A stretch of 55,037 bases of DNA, the filler included, from Ionaspis alba (lineage: Eukaryota): NCBI GenBank assembly GCA_964255285.1. It is 2 parts of 2 records of this genome, joined end to end, with 100 filler letters (N's around TTAATTAATTAA, not from the genome) between each part and the next. Parts side by side here need not be neighbours in the genome. Positions count along the whole stretch, not along the records: positions 27,594 to 55,037 come from CAXUUL010000139.1; 1 more part is not named here. One strand, 5' to 3'. The stretch's first letter is position 1; each line of letters begins with the position of its first letter. Under the pieces are notes generated by a model. That model saw only the letters and a list, made by a program, of their open reading frames with translations, was not told the origin of the DNA and ran no database searches. A program made the translations under genes and the position numbers. Of the stretch, positions 50,490 through 55,037 are shown piece after piece.

Positions 50490-50879
50490 AGAGGCGAGCA
50501 GAGCGAGTGGTTAGGTAGTTCGGGTTAGATATATAAGATATATATCCAAAATTGTTATTTGGGATGATAATAGAGAATGATCGAAAACAGGGGTAATTTC
50601 AGCCTGTACATGCTTGGCGGTGAGCCGGGCCACCCTGATTTTGGGGGGTGGCCGGTTGTAGACTCTGCACCGCCTTTTGTCGGCCACTACCTAGACGACA
50701 TAAGTAATGTGGACGGCGCAGCAGCCTTCCTCGGCCTTGATGATGGCAATAGCAGGAGAAAGAGTCTGGTGGTTTCTGCTTTGAAATGTACGGAATGAAG
50801 TACCGTATATCTGGATTTCTAATCGGAATTTAGGAATGTCCGTGAAACTCACAATAGTGGACGGCATATCAAATTCCAT
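50490..50879 (-). pseudogene. Possible degraded F-box-like gene relic next to an AT-rich patch
   Basis: MPSTIVSFTDIPKFRLEIQIYG resembles the F-box-like start SFxDLPxEIRLxIY. The frame continues past a single TAG (50691) into TA-rich sequence. Confidence 0.2.
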
Positions 50880-50988
50880 GGCTTGGTGAGACAGGGCTAA
50901 GATAGTACACGAACGGTGAAGGTGATTGTAAAGACGAGCATATTTCTCCTCTCATCCCTGCCATTCATCAGGATACACTGTCTCGCAC

Positions 50989-52266
50989 TCATTTGAGATC
51001 AACAATCCCCGCCGCGAGACTATCCTCCAGGCTGATCCAGCCTTTGACCCCGAAGAAGGAACGAATCAGCTGTTCAGCTCTCTTGCTTGCCTTGTGGACA
51101 TCAGACAAATCGCGGCCTTCGCCCTCGGGCGCCATCGGAATTTTCTTGTTCTCGGGTCGAAATTTCTTCAAGATGTTGATGATATCGGTCCAATTGAACG
51201 GTCCGGCAAATGCAAAGAGTCGTTCGGATTGGACAGCGGGATCGAGAAGGGCGGCGACGTGAAGTCTCGCGGTGTCTCGGACATCCACATACCATTCTTT
51301 GTATTGCGGTCAGTTGTTGATCAGGTATGGAGTCTGTAAAGGAGGCTGCGGAGCTTACGAGGACCGAAAGTTTTTATATTCCTGTCGGTCTTTCCTTCCA
51401 GTAGATCACGAACAAAGCCCATTGTGCTTCCACTTATTTCTGGAGTCAGGATTGGGCCCAACTAGAGTCATCGCTTGTTAGTAGCACAGCAGCAAAGCAA
51501 CATAGGTATGGACTTGCAGTCATATTCGGCAAGATTGAATTCACAGCGAAGCTTGGGTTTTTGGCCTTCGCCCATTCCCAGAACGCGCGTTCTCCTTCGG
51601 TCTTGGAAGCTGCATAGACGAAGTATGGCAAATGTTCTTGCGGTGTATCCTTGCTGTATGCTGCCTTTACAGCTGCATCGTTCCAGGTGTCTAGCGTAGC
51701 ATGTTAGAACTGGCCATTACTGCCACCTGGAGAAGCCGTGACGCTTACTTTCATCCACGATGACCCCTTCTTTGTTTGGCTCCGGAATCAGCGCCGCCGA
51801 GGAGGACGATGTTAGCACGACACTCTTGACAGAGGGCTCTTTGGCAGCAGACTGGAGCACATTCACTGTCCCGGCAACGACTTTGGGGACTACAGTATTG
51901 GCATCCGGGCTGAAGGATACATCTGAAGCCTAGAATGGAATGGATTAGTCTATCTCTCCATCACAGCGCTATTCAAACATATTCTTGGGTAGAACAAACA
52001 ATGTGAATGATCCCTGAAACGTTCTTGACAGCCTCGTCCAAAGCAGACTCCTTCTCCATATCCGTGAGGATGTGGGTTTCGAACCGCCCTGTGCCGTATT
52101 TGTTTTCGAAGTATTTGTTGAGCCACACCTTTTCATTACGCACGGTGCCGCGGACATTGTAACCTTGGTCAAGGAGAACATCGACGACGTGCGATGCGAT
52201 ATACCCGTTAGCCCCAGTCACGAGAATCCATCCACCTTGGGCAATCCTTCGATTTCCTTGAGACAT
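50989..52266 (-). CDS. Aldehyde reductase II-like extended SDR
   Basis: ILVTGANGYIASHVV, VVLTSSSAA, catalytic YAASKTEGE and DVRDTARLHVAAL. Four introns, one of them GC-AG. Confidence 0.9.
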
Positions 52267-53964
52267 GGCGTGGCTGGACTAGATGGATCTTTTTTGGTTG
52301 AGCTGGTTGTACTATTCGAGACTTTAGACTTTGAATACCTCTGTCGATTAGGATGTGTGCATATACGCTGCTCGGTGCTGTCAAAGACAAAGAGATCGAA
52401 CGGGCGAAGGTGAAGCTGCTTATATACCTGTTATCCATAGCTAACAAGAGGGTATTTGCTCTCCGATATGGCGAACCGGAAGCGTCCGGACATTCAATTT
52501 GTAAGACCCGCATATTCGGAATTGCACAGTCTGACGCTAAACTCGTGATCCAACAAGCATGGCATAAAACCAGCATTCAAGGCTTTGAAATCCCAATGAT
52601 ATTAGTCAAATGCCTTAGATTTGCAATCTATGGCTCTGATATCAACGGTATTTTTGGCTTGTATCGCGGTGATGACACCGAAAACCCAAGCCATTGGCTT
52701 CAAAACGAGGAATCTAAATCCATGCGCGCAGATCTCTACATTTCTCCTTTCCAGTTACAGTGTCATCGCAGAACAGCTTCGCGCTCTCTTGCTGAAGAAG
52801 TTGGCCTGGCACCACAAACACCGCCTGTGTAGCCGCCTTCAGTGCCTGTGTAGTATTTCAAGCTGATATACCACTAGTCTAAGCGAAAGTGTGTTGTACT
52901 AAGCCTCCAGTGTGATGATGTGATCCCCCTGAGTCCCCTATTTTCTACACCTGGATGATTCCTCCTCGACCTGTGAGCGGGACCGTGAAGCCATGTACGG
53001 TTCATGGAAAAACCGACCATTTGGATATTCTTGGAGGTTGGCTGGTGTTACAGCCTTGGTTTTGTTCAACTTTGCATGGAACCAGGTGGTTTGTGTTGGT
53101 TGGCAGCAGCCTCCCCTAGCAAGCGAGTTTAGCTGATTTCGACTTTTGGCACATTAATAATTCTTGCTCGACCTCCAATGAGGCCCCCGTCATACTAGCT
53201 GCAGTTTCCGCTTAGTTAAGCAATCGGGCCTTCAGAATCTACGAGGTATTATTCGTTTACTTTTGTTGATACGCGCTAACAGGACAAGAGGTCAGACAGA
53301 AATATGCGCGTCACATCAATAATACATCAGAGATTCGGGTAGATTATCCCGTCACGCGGTTTCCAAAAAAAGTGAAACGGTTCTATTACAGTTGCCAGGG
53401 AAAGCTTCGTTAGTACAAGAGGCCGAATAAGGGCGTGTGTGGCTTACAAGGGAGTCCAGATCCCTGCGTAAAATTACATACTAACGAAGTAAACCCACGA
53501 TACCTCGTATAGCTCCGGTTGAAGTAACAACTGCTAAGGTCCAAACCCAGAAATGGAAATTCCTTACGTCGAGATTCGGACGTCGTTCCACCTCACCCGT
53601 TCTATCGAGGTAGGATCGCACTAGCCTAGTTGGGAGAACCAATATATTCCAAGCTCTTGAACACGCCATACTGGTACCGAGACCATATTCGTTCACCTTT
53701 GCACTCTCTTTCCCCTTCTAGCAAGAGATAACACAACGAAAGTTGTGAATCTCTTCGATTCGTTTCCACATCCGAGCTCAATCGTCATGTCAGGACTGAC
53801 TTAGCGTCGCTTGGCAAACACTCCTATTGAAGCTGCAGACGACAAGTGTTTGTGACTAGCATGGTCCTGCAAACACTATATGATTACGGAAACATTGGCT
53901 GACAGCGATATGCTCAATAGCTCTAACGGGAAGTACTCCGACCTAGGTTATTTTATGATCAGAC

Positions 53965-54853
53965 ATGGGCACTACTACATCAAAGACTGAGAGAAGACAA
54001 GCTAAGCCTGCTCAGGGCATGGCTCGTCCCAGAGCTGCTCTGGCCGCTCGATTTCAGGACCTCTCTATGTCTTCGTCACAAGAGAATTTCCCAGCTTATT
54101 CCTCGGAGCCTTGCACACCCTCCAAAGCAATGATCAATGCCAAGGACAGCGATTATGAGTCTACTCGATCCAATTAACGTATCGCTTTTCTTACCATGCC
54201 TTTAGAGATACGGTTGAAAGTCTGTGAAGCGCTGGTGGTTCCCTGGCCACATAGGCCTCAGTACAACAGCTCCCGTGTTACATACAGTCTATCAACGGCC
54301 TATGGCTTTCATTCAGCCGTTCTCAGCGTCAACAAGCAAATCAATCGTGAAGTTATGAAAGTCTTCTACGAAGACAACATCTGGGACTTCACCATTTTAG
54401 AACCATTAGGGAAACACCAAGGACGAGCCAGAGCGCGTATCCAGCCTCCGCGCCTCCCATTTAGAAAGTTCCAGAATCGGCAATGCATCCGAAAGGTCCG
54501 TCTTCTCGTCCACATCTGTCCCGGTCAGGATCCAAATAAGAACCTAAACTTCACGTACAACGATACGGATAATCTGGCGAGGCTTCCTTCTGAGGCATAT
54601 TGGATGTGCGATGCACTGGCAGAACATACAAGCGTGAATTCCGTCAGTTTTTGTATGGGACGATCCTCACGGAGTGGGCGATCAAGCTGTGTTGATCAGA
54701 ACACTTAATTCTGTCAGAATGCTGCCCTGGAACTGCACTGTCTTTCTCAAGGGTGACGTGTCAATGAGCCCTAAGCCCTTTGACTTTACAGCATACATAA
54801 GGAGTTCCATTGGCCGTGGCAGACCAGTGGACCACAGGCTTGTGGGGTGGTAG
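53965..54853 (+). pseudogene. F-box/2EXR-like gene with a premature stop and a frameshift
   Basis: The MGTTTSK ORF continues in frame past TAA (54175-54177) into FLTMPLEIRLKV...AVLSVNKQINRE...FY. Removing one T from the T5 run at 54648-54652 extends it (VWDDPHG...) to TAG at 54851-54853. Confidence 0.55.
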
Positions 54854-55037
54854 GTATTTCGAAGTCTCCTTCGTCTAGGCTGGTCTAGTTCTGAGCTAGA
54901 CTTATGCAGCTCTCCTGCATCAATTCACTCGCTCCAAATGGAAGCTCTCCTCGTTGAAGCATGCCAGAGCTTCTTCTTCACCAAATCTTCCTAAGAATCT
55001 TTGAAGTCCCCAGTTCCTAGAGGGCATATATCCGGAT

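Overview
Gene-dense, intron-containing nuclear DNA from a filamentous ascomycete (Pezizomycotina; short GT-AG introns with CTRAC branch points). I can reconstruct about 20 protein-coding genes. Left half: MFS sugar/polyol porter, BUD22, an orphan CtvD/AtmA-type membrane protein, NOT4, complex I NDUFS3, REC114, RSC9, ATG13 and a KpsF/GutQ-like SIS protein. Right half: ARP2, DCG1, mlo2/UBR7, MCM2, a HeLo-like-NACHT NLR, a bZIP-DUF3425 factor, F-box-like orphans, RIB1, ARF6 and two aldehyde-reductase-type SDRs. An artificial N44-TTAATTAATTAA-N44 linker at 27494-27593 means the two halves may not be adjacent in the genome. The gap at 32288-32387 is a false gap with a 55-bp duplicated overlap. The best leads are: (1) an alternative C-terminus switch in NOT4 using two in-phase splice donors; (2) a head-to-head UBR7/MCM2 pair sharing MCB boxes; (3) an NLR with a non-canonical C-terminal sensor; (4) an orphan ether-cyclase-like gene; (5) a candidate structured ncRNA upstream of ARP2; (6) two GC-AG introns. 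I found no CRISPR array, tRNA, rRNA or intact transposon, and no clearly new multi-gene system. All family assignments come from recognising motifs by eye, not from database searches.
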